A stretch of DNA of 63,995 nt, counting the filler, from Sanchytrium tribonematis (Eukaryota): the NCBI GenBank assembly GCA_018985235.1. It is 8 parts of 8 records of this genome, joined end to end, with 100 filler letters (N's around TTAATTAATTAA, not from the genome) between each part and the next. Parts side by side here need not be neighbours in the genome. Positions count along the whole stretch, not along the records: positions 37,576 to 42,910 come from JADGIG010000619.1; positions 43,011 to 48,338 come from JADGIG010000620.1; positions 48,439 to 53,765 come from JADGIG010000621.1; 5 more parts are not named here. The stretch is one strand, 5' to 3'. Positions 37,576-48,647 of this stretch are shown here, piece after piece. The position numbers were made by a program, and so were the translations under genes. Numbering within the stretch: the first letter of the stretch is position 1; each line of letters opens with the position of its first letter. The notes below the pieces were generated by a model. That model saw only the letters and a list, made by a program, of their open reading frames with translations. It did not search any database and had not been told where the DNA came from.

Positions 37576-37912
37576 TCTTTTTTGAAGCTTTGTCATATTC
37601 GTTAGAGCCTGTCAAGTCTTGCCAAAATTGAACCCATGGTTGGTCTTCATCCGCTTGGTCTAAGCCATCAATACCGATGAATTTGAAAGTCGTATGATAA
37701 TTCTTTAAAATCAAGTCCTGAATTGCATGGTGAATTGCCAAAGTTTTTCCACTGCCAGGCATTCCGATAGCGAAAAGTAACAAAGAATCTCTTTTTTCAG
37801 AGATGCTAGCGCATCTATTAGAGATTGCACTTATTTCAAGTTTTCTTCCTTTTATAGCGTCGAGCTTAGTTTGATCAATACTTGTCGTTGGAATAATAAT
37901 TGGACGAACCAT
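37576..37912 (-). CDS. Divergent Cdc6/Orc1-like AAA+ ATPase N-terminal part, truncated by contig end
   Basis: Walker A GMPGSGKT followed by FKFIGIDG...PWVQFWQDLTG, resembling the Orc1/Cdc6 segment. Confidence 0.6.
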
Positions 37913-38075
37913 TATAGAATAAATTCTTCTGGCTATTAATACTTCTTTTGTAATTAAATTACGTTTAATTTTGCCACATTCAATAGATTAATCCATTCAG
38001 ACATAGAGAGAATCAATACATAGCAAATTGGATAATTTTAGAGCAAAAATGCAAAACAAAGAAATTTATCATAAT

Positions 38076-38657
38076 TTATTTAGTAGCCGTGAATGTAGAA
38101 TCAATCTTTTCACGTGAGATCAGCCACTTCTTGTACAGAAACAATCTTTGGGCAATAATTCCACCGAAGATTATTGTCAACCCAATTGATGCGATTCCTT
38201 GAGCGACCAAAGTAGATTTTTCTGCATTTTTCGCTGCGCTCAATTGATTGCCTTTAAAGCCAATAGAATCCATTTGATCAAATCGTTCATTGATGATTGC
38301 GCCTGCCGTGGACAGGATCACAATATAGAGAATAATGATGGCTATTATAGCTACCACAAAAGACCACATCGCGGAGTTTGCTATTTTCACTTTTTGAGAT
38401 TTGATGCTAGCAAAACCGATGAGAGATACTAGAACATATATGACTCCTTGAACAATGGAAATTGCTCCGTATGTGCTTTGACCATAATCAATCCCCGCTG
38501 GACCAGTAACAAAATTGAGGACCCCGTATGTGCTTTGACCATAATCAATCAACGCTGATCCAGTAACAAAACTGAGGACCCCGCCTAGTAAAAAAAACGC
38601 ATACATGATGCACAAACCTAATCTGATGCCGCCACAACAACACTTTGGTTCCTTCAT
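38076..38657 (-). CDS. Four-TM membrane protein with N-terminal CCC motif (LAPTM/tetraspanin-like topology); internal 57-bp duplication
   Basis: Hydrophobic helices; KCCCGG; tandem paralog of 38996-39523. Confidence 0.8.
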   Translation of the reverse strand: MKEPKCCCGGIRLGLCIMYAFFLLGGVLSFVTGSALIDYGQSTYGVLNFVTGPAGIDYGQSTYGAISIVQGVIYVLVSLIGFASIKSQKVKIANSAMWSFVVAIIAIIILYIVILSTAGAIINERFDQMDSIGFKGNQLSAAKNAEKSTLVAQGIASIGLTIIFGGIIAQRLFLYKKWLISREKIDSTFTATK

Positions 38658-38995
38658 GAGTGAGATATTCAACTTGGGAATGTTCACTTTAAATATTTGA
38701 CATCTTGCACTTGCAACTACCTTGCAAATTTCTTGCAGTTTCCTTGCTCCAATTGTAGGACATGTGAATAAATGAACTGCACCGTTTAATTAACTTCTTC
38801 AAAGTTGCGTGTAATACCGAATTGTTGAATATTATGAGTATGTGGTCAAATACAATTCTTTTCTCGTATCTTATAAAGTTTTTAAAATTTGCTTAATAAT
38901 TCAAGCTAATGAAATACTTTTGAAAGGAACGCCTAAAATAAAATACATAGCTAACCGAATGATTTAAGAATGCAAAATAAGGAATTCATCTTAAT

Positions 38996-39523
38996 TTATT
39001 GTGTACCCACTGACGAAGAATCAATCTTTTCACGTGAGACAAGCCACTTCTTGTACAGATACATTCGTTGGACAACAATTCCACCAAAGATTAATGTCAA
39101 TCCAATTACTACAATTCCTCCAGCAACCAAAGCAGTGGTTGTAGTAGCTTTGAGTGCTTTTATGGTGGCATCTGTTGAACTTGGATTACTTTTTTCTTGA
39201 TCAATTGTCTGATTGATAGTTGTGCCCATCATAGATAAACTTATAATAGAGAGGATAATCGCCACTGTAATCAGTGCTACGAAGGTCCACATTGCAGTGT
39301 TTGCAGTTTTGACTTTCTGAGTTTTAATGCTTAAGAACCCAACCATTGAAGCTACAATAAAAACAATTCCCTGAATGATATATATTGCACCTTCTGATTT
39401 AAATCCAAGATCGACGTACGTAGATCCTTTCGCAATGTCAACCGATCCACCAATTAAAAAAAGAGCGTACATAATGCATAATCCTAATCGGACACCACAA
39501 CAACAACATTTTGGTTCTCTCAT
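38996..39523 (-). CDS. Four-TM membrane protein, tandem paralog of 38076-38657
   Basis: Shared REPKCCC and YKKWL.SREKIDS termini; stop overlaps AATAAA. Confidence 0.8.
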   Translation of the reverse strand: MREPKCCCCGVRLGLCIMYALFLIGGSVDIAKGSTYVDLGFKSEGAIYIIQGIVFIVASMVGFLSIKTQKVKTANTAMWTFVALITVAIILSIISLSMMGTTINQTIDQEKSNPSSTDATIKALKATTTTALVAGGIVVIGLTLIFGGIVVQRMYLYKKWLVSREKIDSSSVGTQ

Positions 39524-39952
39524 GAGTAAGATAATTATTTGAGAATACGTCCTTTAAATGTATGACTTCAGACTTGCACCTTTATTGCAACTCCCTTGCA
39601 AATTTCTTGCAGTTTCCTTGCTCCAATAGTAGGACATTGTGATTAAATGAACTGCACCGTTGATTTACGTTGTCGGGTCTATGAGCTAAAAATCAATTTG
39701 TTCAAATGGGATTCTTTTCTCTGATATTATTTGGGACACGTTCTTTAGACTAGGAGAAAATCTTGGTTTTCTGTAAATTCAATTTGAAATTATTACCAGA
39801 CTTTAGACTATGAAAACTAGACTGGAGTGATATATGCTCCATAAGTCTATTTATTTCGACAATCCAAGTGACCTGTTTTAAAAATTACTGTTAAGTTTTC
39901 TCCAAAAAAGGATGTATCAATATTATTTGATCCTCTTTGGTCATAAATTTGG

Positions 39953-40288
39953 TTGCATACCAAATCTATCTATTCTGTTTGTGATGTTGTAGAAACGTAT
40001 GAGTGTCCGCATCTTGGAGACACGAATCAATGGGAGTTATTAGGCGTCTATGTCAGAGCAAATCTGGCATACGATAAAGTCGTAGAACTGAACATCAAGA
40101 AAGCAAAACGATTTCGGGAGAATGTCAGAAAAACGTTCGAAGCGTGTGTAAACAAATCTTACGCAAATGTAGCTGAAAGACATGAGCGCATTTATGATGG
40201 CTATCTGGATCTGCTTTATGGTAACAGTTATGTCCGAGAAACTGTTTATGCTGTAAGATTCGTAAAATTGTTTCAAGAAAACCAATAA
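39953..40288 (+). CDS. Hypothetical small ORF
   Basis: 111 open codons with non-ATG start; no recognised motif. Confidence 0.3.
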   Translation: MHTKSIYSVCDVVETYECPHLGDTNQWELLGVYVRANLAYDKVVELNIKKAKRFRENVRKTFEACVNKSYANVAERHERIYDGYLDLLYGNSYVRETVYAVRFVKLFQENQ

Positions 40289-41739
40289 TGTTGGAAAATA
40301 AATTAGTTTGATATCGTAATAATCGTATCTTCAAGAAAATATAAATTATTAAATTTTTTGTCATTCTTCTTCCAAACTTCCTGGCAAATTTTTGAATCTC
40401 CTTTGAAACAAATTTGCATTTACAAGCAAGTGTTAGGCATATCAAGTTGTCTAGATCTCTTGAAAATGTACTACAAATATAATTTATTGAAGCTTAATTG
40501 CTGAATCACCCAGTTATAAAACAATTGAATTTGTCATACTCGAGATTAAATTATTGATTTGATGATCGATTCGGCTATCAATCTCCATAATGTTGCATCG
40601 GCGTGGGTTCGTTTCGATTTGAGTACTATATTGGTTCAATGTACTCTTTGTTATAGCAAAATCGAGTCTAAGCACTATACAGAATCATAGGATCATTGAG
40701 AATTGCAATACCCATAGCAGAATTGCCAAAATTTGTGTGGATTTCAATTGGGCGACAGGAGAAAAGTTCGTATTTTGATTCTCCTTGTTACTTCAGTATT
40801 GAATAGGTACTGTTATTCCAGAGCATTGTTGTCTATAGCACCCCGTGCTTGTTAGGGTTCCAAATTGTTGGTCCGCATCCCATCGTACCTATTGACAAAA
40901 CTTCAAAATTGTTCTTTGTAGAGTCTACATGTGAATCTTCCGGTTTTTCAAATACATCGAGAGTGTTCTCTTTCTCATCTCTCACTTTTGAATTTCATTG
41001 CTGATCGGTACGTTTTTACTCCCTTTTAGTCGGTTCAAGATCCATAATTTATGAACTTTTCTGTAGCAGTAAAAGAATCTGCGCAAACCGCATCAGTTTA
41101 GTACGTTAATCTATATCAAGAACAACACATCGTTCATATTTTACGGTACAATCCGAAGATTGTACGATATAGTTCATTTCGATCTGTCAAAATTTTTGGG
41201 TAAAACAAATTGTAGATCTGAAATTAAGGAAAGTTGACAAATTCCATCAAATTTTAATCCGCTTGATATAAATATAATTCTATAGAGCCATTTAGGAGTC
41301 AAAATGCTTAGAGGAAATTTAAGAAATTAGTGTACTTAAACTTTATTTTGAAACCACGATTATTCGTGTCTCTCAAAACAGAAGAAGAATGTTTTTAACC
41401 AAGCCTTGTAATATATTTGCTATTTAATAGGGTTTAAAAATTAAATTTTGATTGTCCCAAAATAGCATACTTTGCTGCTTCTGCAATGCCATACGGCTGC
41501 ATCTCGTTGCATTTTTTTGATAAATCAAAATATTGTGGCACTTGTAGTCAAGTTATAATGTGTTATACCGCATAATTTAACATAATTTGATTGCAAGTGT
41601 GGATACCCCAGTTTTTTGACTCTACCAAATTGCCTCCATTGCATCCAATAATTCATATAAAATTTAGCCGTATGGTAATTAAGTAATTTTACTGATCAGT
41701 TTCAAAATAAAAATAAATTTACTCTAAACATCGGGATTA

Positions 41740-42910
41740 ATGCGACCTTATGAATTCCAAATTGAAATAGAAAGCGCGAGAAATATGTACCTCAAGGGAA
41801 GTTGGGATGGATGGAATGCAGCCACAGAATTGCATAGTAGTGGTAAAAAATGGACTTGCAAAAAAACTTTATGGCCAGGTGTCTTCGAGTTCAAGTTTTA
41901 TCAAAAGCTCGACGATAAAGTAATCTGGCACACCAGCTTCTTGCATCCACATCACAATTATGAGAATTTTAATAATTATATTGAAATTAAAAGATTTGAT
42001 TCAATTCTCATGGAGCGCTATTATTCATCTGATTATGACAAAAACTTTGTAAAATCTCTAAAGATTTTGAATTGGGAATTATTTTCCCGTAAATATGGTC
42101 TAACCAAAGACAAACCTAAGACTTTTGACGAAGGTTTAGCACTTATCCCAAAAATATCAGACAAAAGCGCATTATCGATGTTTTCATCCTTGTTGGAGGA
42201 TCATTTTAAATTTTATCACGATCATGTTTATTATTCGGGTTATATTAAGTATTACTTGCCTGACTGTTTCCCAAGTTGCTTTGAACTCAAATGTCAAAAT
42301 GGAAACTCCATTCCCGATTTTATAGGAGATGATACTGTACCTTATAAGACTTATCCACTCATTCGAGGAAGTTTTCCGATTACTAGTACACTTCATATGC
42401 ATGTTGTTAAAGTGAAGCATTTTTTAAATCTACTAGATGTTTTAAATTTGACTCAGGGCTATATCTCAAAAAAGGTTGACAACTGTAGATCAACCAACAT
42501 CACAGTTTTTCCAAGACTTCCTCATTTATACAATAGTGATTGTTCCTGGGACTGTACCCTGAGCGACTTTCACGATAAATCGCAACTTTCTTACTTTAAA
42601 GCCTGCGAAACTATAAAAAACGGAATAATTGAGTGGCGAACGCAAAATTTAAAAGTAGATACGTATATCGCATTCTTTGATTTAGCTAATTTTTTCGACA
42701 GAATTTATTCACAAACAATCTCTTGGTTACTGGCCAGTCAGAAGTTGCATGTTTATTTTAATCAAACGCAAATGAATTGTGTATGGTTCAATATGATTGA
42801 TTCTGCTGTTCAAAAAGCGAAAGGCTTTCGAGCGTATGGGATTTCAACTGGTTCTCTTTTAATATCTGACATTGCAGAATGTTATCTGCGTCTTTTGCAA
42901 ACCAAATTAC
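41740..42910 (+). CDS. CBM48 (AMPK-beta glycogen-binding-like) domain fused to an Abi/UG-class reverse transcriptase; 3' truncated before YxDD
   Basis: N-terminal YLKGSWDGW...LWPGVFEFKF...W...NNYIEI; RT segments GYIKYYLPDCFP, FFDLANFFDRIYSQTISW and IDSAVQ....RAYGISTGSLLISDIAECYL. Confidence 0.78.
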
Positions 42911-43010
42911 NNNNNNNNNNNNNNNNNNNNNNNNNNNNNNNNNNNNNNNNNNNNTTAATTAATTAANNNNNNNNNNNNNNNNNNNNNNNNNNNNNNNNNN
43001 NNNNNNNNNN

Positions 43011-43391
43011 AATATTGAAAGTGATTTAGATGTTGTAGTATCCCGTATTAATGAAATCAAGTTTCTAGTGGCTCAAGTAGACTCAAATGACAATGAATTG
43101 CTAAATATGCTGCAATTGTTGACGCAACATGAAGCTATCAAATTACTGATTGCATATTTGGATGATTTTGTGGAAATACGATTACAACATGACTCTAAAA
43201 GTGAAGAAATTAAATGGCTAGAAGAACAAATTGCAACACTAAAACACTCCGTGCAAGCTTACAGAGAAGTGGGTCAAAATGAAGATATGGAAGATTTATC
43301 ACCGTATATAGAAGAGCAATTAGAAGAGAATGCTAAACAATATTTAAAACATACTGTTGCTTCACAATTAAAAGTGAAAGCAGCAGAATAA
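43011..43391 (+). CDS. C-terminal part of a coiled-coil protein
   Basis: Open from the contig start; heptad-rich; stop overlaps AATAAA. Confidence 0.55.
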   Translation, partial: NIESDLDVVVSRINEIKFLVAQVDSNDNELLNMLQLLTQHEAIKLLIAYLDDFVEIRLQHDSKSEEIKWLEEQIATLKHSVQAYREVGQNEDMEDLSPYIEEQLEENAKQYLKHTVASQLKVKAAE

Positions 43392-43431
43392 AACTAATTT
43401 TATATTTTCATGTTTTTGACTTTTCCATCTT

Positions 43432-44570
43432 ATGTGGCTTGTGAAAATGTCTAATGTCCCAAACTATTCACTTGTCACGGATCCGATGTTAGCTCTGATT
43501 CTATATCTCATTTACGCGTGTATTGGATTATTCTTTTTCATTTATTTTAGAAATTCCATTACAATTCGAAATAGACTTCCAAAATTAGTATTAATAGAAA
43601 GTTTATTGATTATATTAAATGGATCATTTAGTATTTTGAATATACATCCATTTTTGGGTACCAGATTGAGTTGTGAGTGGTTTCAATTTATTGCTTCTAT
43701 TTTAGGATGTGTTTTATTGACATTTTTGATGATGCGAATGAGTTTTGTATACCAGTATCTGATGAATGAAGTAGATATTAAATCGTATGATGGATTAATG
43801 CTCATTTCAAAAACATTTTGGGATAAACACAACAATATTCGCAAATGGCCCATTTTCATCATCTTTATAGTGCTTTTAATAGCCAATATATTAAATGCTA
43901 TTCTACCCACTTATGCATTTCAACAACAAACTGGTTTAACCGTCTATCCCTTTGAATGTTTGCAAAATGGTGTCTTCTTTCTCACTTTATATGATTCCAT
44001 CTTAATGCTCTTATTTCTAGCATATTCCTTTCAATTTATACGCTATAGAATATTCGATCAAATCTACATGAGTGTCGAATTGATCTCATTTACATTTGTT
44101 TTAATAGGGGCAACGATTATTTATTTTGCATTAAATATGCATATTTACATTGATGCAGCCATTTTACAATGCTGGATTGGTCTATTTTTTGCATTATATT
44201 TCCCAGTATTAGCTTATTTAAACCATATGCATATGATCCACCGTGAATTATCCAAATCCGTCCATTCCATGATTGATGAAAAATTAATGTCACTTTGCCG
44301 TCAATTTTATTGTGAAGAAATTGGCATCTTTTTAGAAGCATATGAGAAATATAAAGTCAATAATATCACCATTGATTATATCATCACCATGTTTATTGGT
44401 ATTTTCATTTTTATTTAGAAACAGGTGCCCCATTTGAATTGAATATTAGTTCCAATTTAAAAGATAATTTGATGAATACCAATGGTGAATTACAAGTCAT
44501 GTATTTAAATCAAATTTATTCAGAAATGAAATTATTGGTGCAATTGAATATTTTACCGTATATGACGTGA
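43432..44570 (+). CDS. 7TM-RGS protein (GprK/AtRGS1-like architecture); 20-nt intron at 44399-44418
   Basis: Seven hydrophobic segments, IRNRLPKL motif, then CRQFYCEEIGIFL...MFI|ETGAPFELNISS RGS signature after splicing. Confidence 0.85.
44399..44418 (+). other. 20-nt spliceosomal intron
   Basis: gtattttcatttttatttag; removal restores FIETGAPFELNI. Confidence 0.85.
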
Positions 44571-44608
44571 ATAAATTTTTTATTTGACTTGAAACAGGTT
44601 CATTTGAA

Positions 44609-46861
44609 ATGGATTTGAGTCGTCATACTGGATTTATCGTGGTTGGGAATAAGACTGATCCAACTTGTAAAAATTTGAAAATTAGAATCGAAAACATCAT
44701 TAAAACAAAAAGCCAACACCATTATCAAATTGATCGCACGATTTATGCAGAATGGACAGAAATATGCAATACTTATAAAGATAGGGAAAATAGTGATCTG
44801 GATGTAAACAATCCTCAAAGAGTTGTGTTTATTCATGGCATGTTGATTAGATGCGCATCTGAAAACATTATCAAAAATACTAATCTTGATAATTGGATTC
44901 AAAGCTGCTATGTGAAAGAGTCTTTGATTATTATTATAGGGGATACTGATCAGATTGAAAAAGAAATCTTGTTTGACATCTTATTTGCTTGTAATGGGGA
45001 TGAGAAGGATACCGTAATGCTGCTTGAGAATGCTGTTCAATCCGATACTAATCTTTATGCCACCATCATCAATAACAAAGCCATGTTTCTGTTAAATCAA
45101 CCCACCATTGATGAATTTGAAGATTTATATCCAAAAGCATTGAAATCTTGCAATTCTGGAAAAATCAAAACCATATATTGTGGACATGGAAGTCAACATG
45201 GCATTCATTTAGCAGATGGCTCGTATAGTGGTGATAGATTAAATTGGATTCTAAAAGGTGTCACCTTAAAGCACAGCCCTGGTAGTGGAAAGGTCAGTTT
45301 TTATATCAATTCATGCTTTGGCATTGATTTTGCTATTCAAGCTGATGATAAATATGATTGTAATCACTTTGGAACGTCTTTGAAAGGCGGATTAAGCATG
45401 GCGGATAATTTTTCTAATTTGAGAAGAGGCACAGCACTTAGATTAAGAAATGCAAAAGAAATCACTGAAGAATTGAAAAATACCAATGTAAAGATGTGTG
45501 AAAAGCTCCGCAATGCTGATAGAAGCATAATTAGTTCAATTGAATTTTCCAACATTATAATGAACGTTGTTCCATTATCAGTTGGACCCTTGCACGCTGT
45601 AGGGGAAATAAATGAAGCATTGAGAAGGGATCTCAAATTGGATAAATTAGACAAGCCATTCAATCAGTTAATTACCCGTGGAAAAGAAGCCAGTCAATCC
45701 AAGAAAGAGACGGACAAGTTTCAAAAAATGAAAGAGAAATTCGAAAAAACTCACAATCATGACACTCCCAATCTTTACAAAAATCCCACTTTACATGTTT
45801 ATCAAGCTAAAAAGGGTGATTCATGTTTATTTCAATGGGATGGCATTAATATTCTGATTGATGGTGGATATTCTAAATCTCAAATTTGTTTTTGGCAAGA
45901 TGTACAGCATTTAGATATATTAGATGCTGTGATTGTGACGCATGGAGATGATGATCACATTAATGGGATTCTGCAATTATTTGATTATGCAATTTTGATA
46001 AAGAACAAGAAACTACCTGATAATTCTCAAATGCCAATGATTAAAAGCTTTATCGCACACGCATTAGATGAGAATTACAATCGAGGATTCAAACATAGCA
46101 AACAACTAGTAGATAAAGCAAAGGACCTCGAAATTGGAATTGTTAAACCAGCAAAATATTTAAAAATTGATAATTTATGGATTCATTTTATTCTACCAAC
46201 TGATGTGAATCTTAAAAATTACCAAGCCGAGATGAGATTAAGTGATATCAATAGATGGGGAATTGTCATGTGGTTTGAGTGTAAACAAGATGGCAAGAAA
46301 CCCATTAATTTGTTATTTACTGGGGATGCAGATGGTGAGGAAATTATTACCGGATTAAATGAATATTTAGACAATTATTACATGCATACTAAAACTAATT
46401 ATAATGGCGACACACATGTGTATCAGCCTCCTCCATCTTTTCAAGGCGATGCAAATCCAAGTAAAGTCACTATTCCAAAGTTTGATTATGTGGATATGCC
46501 ACATCATGGATCTCAAGAAAATAGTCATGTTAAATTTCTGAATGCCATTAGAACAGATAAATTAATGATTTCAAGTGATGGTGCTACGTATGGAAATCCA
46601 AGAAATGCAGTTGTGGATTTAATTAAGGAAAAGGAAAAAGGGGTCAAAGAAGAAAATGATTCAACTTGGTCATATAAGAAACTATATTGCAACTATAAAC
46701 AAGTTTGTAGAAGAATGAGTGATGTGGCAGATGGTGATTATGGTAAATCCATGTGGACGGGAACAAAAGTAATTTTCAGCGATGAAATCGCCACATTTCC
46801 AGTTGGACAAGAGACAAAAGTCACAATTCCAATTCAATTTAAAAAATTGAATAAACAATGA
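44609..46861 (+). CDS. MAP1/Futsch-N-terminal-like protein: caspase-like (clan CD) domain plus ComEC-type metallo-beta-lactamase domain
   Basis: IYCGHG and INSCFG; KGDSCLF, ILIDGG, CFWQDVQHLD, VTHGDDDHINGI, LFTGDA, PHHGS. Confidence 0.75.
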   Translation: MDLSRHTGFIVVGNKTDPTCKNLKIRIENIIKTKSQHHYQIDRTIYAEWTEICNTYKDRENSDLDVNNPQRVVFIHGMLIRCASENIIKNTNLDNWIQSCYVKESLIIIIGDTDQIEKEILFDILFACNGDEKDTVMLLENAVQSDTNLYATIINNKAMFLLNQPTIDEFEDLYPKALKSCNSGKIKTIYCGHGSQHGIHLADGSYSGDRLNWILKGVTLKHSPGSGKVSFYINSCFGIDFAIQADDKYDCNHFGTSLKGGLSMADNFSNLRRGTALRLRNAKEITEELKNTNVKMCEKLRNADRSIISSIEFSNIIMNVVPLSVGPLHAVGEINEALRRDLKLDKLDKPFNQLITRGKEASQSKKETDKFQKMKEKFEKTHNHDTPNLYKNPTLHVYQAKKGDSCLFQWDGINILIDGGYSKSQICFWQDVQHLDILDAVIVTHGDDDHINGILQLFDYAILIKNKKLPDNSQMPMIKSFIAHALDENYNRGFKHSKQLVDKAKDLEIGIVKPAKYLKIDNLWIHFILPTDVNLKNYQAEMRLSDINRWGIVMWFECKQDGKKPINLLFTGDADGEEIITGLNEYLDNYYMHTKTNYNGDTHVYQPPPSFQGDANPSKVTIPKFDYVDMPHHGSQENSHVKFLNAIRTDKLMISSDGATYGNPRNAVVDLIKEKEKGVKEENDSTWSYKKLYCNYKQVCRRMSDVADGDYGKSMWTGTKVIFSDEIATFPVGQETKVTIPIQFKKLNKQ

Positions 46862-47962
46862 TATTCCATTCCATCTCTTTGTTGTACCACCCAATGAAAC
46901 AGGTGTATGCTGTGATGGGGTATTTGGAAGCCATTCAAGGTTTTAAAAAGAGAAATGTGGCAATGGGATTATTGAATTATGGGAAAGTGAATTGGGATGG
47001 AATGGCATTATTTGTGAAATATTTAGTACGACAATTGAAAAATGAACCCATTCAAGGCTATTGAATCAATGCATTTTTAAGAGATTTTCAACGAGTGGAT
47101 GATTTTAATCATCAATTGAATATTCATGAATATCAAATGGTTGAAAATATCAAATTGATGAGACAATTAATGGGATTTATGACTGATTTACAATTGAACA
47201 TATTTATTAAAATCATCATGACGGGTAAAAGTGAATTGGGGGATGAACTATTGAATGAATTGGGGGTATTAAATGATAGGGAAATTGAATTGGTGTATAA
47301 ATATCAAGTAAAATATGGTATGATGGGTGAAACTAGACATTTTAAAGCAGTGGGGTTTGCAATTAAAAAGTTATTATTTGGCACATCCTGGTCATTTTGG
47401 ACACATGTCTGTGAAACAGATTCATTTGATTAAGGATGGAAATTATGTGCAACCATTAATTGATGCAGTGATTCAAAGCAAATGGGAGTTTAAGGATGTT
47501 TTTAGATTATTGGATGAATTGGTGTATCAAGGTCAATGTCACTTATTACAGAAAATATTCAGTCAGAAACCAATTATAGTGAATGGAAATGAATGGATTA
47601 TACTTGTATTAAATCCATATTTGCAATGTGATGCAAAAATGTCTGATTTGATTACCAAAGGACATTTAGAAATTAAATTTGATGTTCAAACATTGTTTGA
47701 ATTTGTACAAATTTTATTTGATGCAACTATTGATAACAAATTGTATTCTAGAAAATATTTACATGAAATTGTATTAAGTGAGTTTTGTAACAAGTTAGAT
47801 GAAACTGACTTGAGACCCTCTAAGGAACATTTGAAGGGTGTATCCTTTTCCCTACTTCCAAGTGATTTGGCTAATAAATACAAAGCATTTAGGGATGGAA
47901 ATGGACAATGTAGACGTAAAAGAACCTCACAACGTACACAAAGACAAGCAAGGCAACATTAA
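46858..47962 (+). pseudogene. Unknown protein broken by one in-frame TGA (47062-47064) and a frame change near 47400
   Basis: ORFs starting 46858 and 47095 share a frame; 47327-47962 continues in another frame. Confidence 0.4.
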
Positions 47963-48647
47963 AACAATAAAGTATTTTCAAATTTAACCCCTTTTTGCAA
48001 GTCATTGTCACCAAAATGGGAAGTCAATTGACCCATTCTTTGTTGTGTGACCATGATGTGATACAGACTCATATTGATTGGTTCATGGGTATTTTTTGAG
48101 GTACAAGGAGTCCTTTTCAAACATGAAAAGCAATCATGCGTTTCCATTGATGCTATTTGCCCTTACTATATTATTTGGGTTTCCTGATATTACCATTAAT
48201 GATGGACAGAAAATGTGTTGGATTAAAGTACTAAAGCACGGAACGGATAAGAGGATATACTGGTACCAATTAATTGATATTGAAAAGAAAACTGTTGTAC
48301 AAAATACGGTTTCAAAGAATCATCTAATTGAAGTGCTANNNNNNNNNNNNNNNNNNNNNNNNNNNNNNNNNNNNNNNNNNNNTTAATTAATTAANNNNNN
48401 NNNNNNNNNNNNNNNNNNNNNNNNNNNNNNNNNNNNNNCAGTGGTATCAAAAGCAAAAATGCCAAATCCAAATTCCAGATTTCTGCTCAAATTGATATTA
48501 AAAAATTCACAAACACTTTGGTGATCTTCATGGTTAGTCTCGCCCTGGACGAGACAATTATGTATTATCCATTTCACGGAAGTAATTTGATTTTATTTAG
48601 CTTTTACCAGAAATATTCAGTCAATACCATATGCCATTGCTATTATT

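Noticed and set aside
40125..40500. Possible F-box-like remnant on the minus strand
   Set aside because: Only a few matching residues and interrupted frames.
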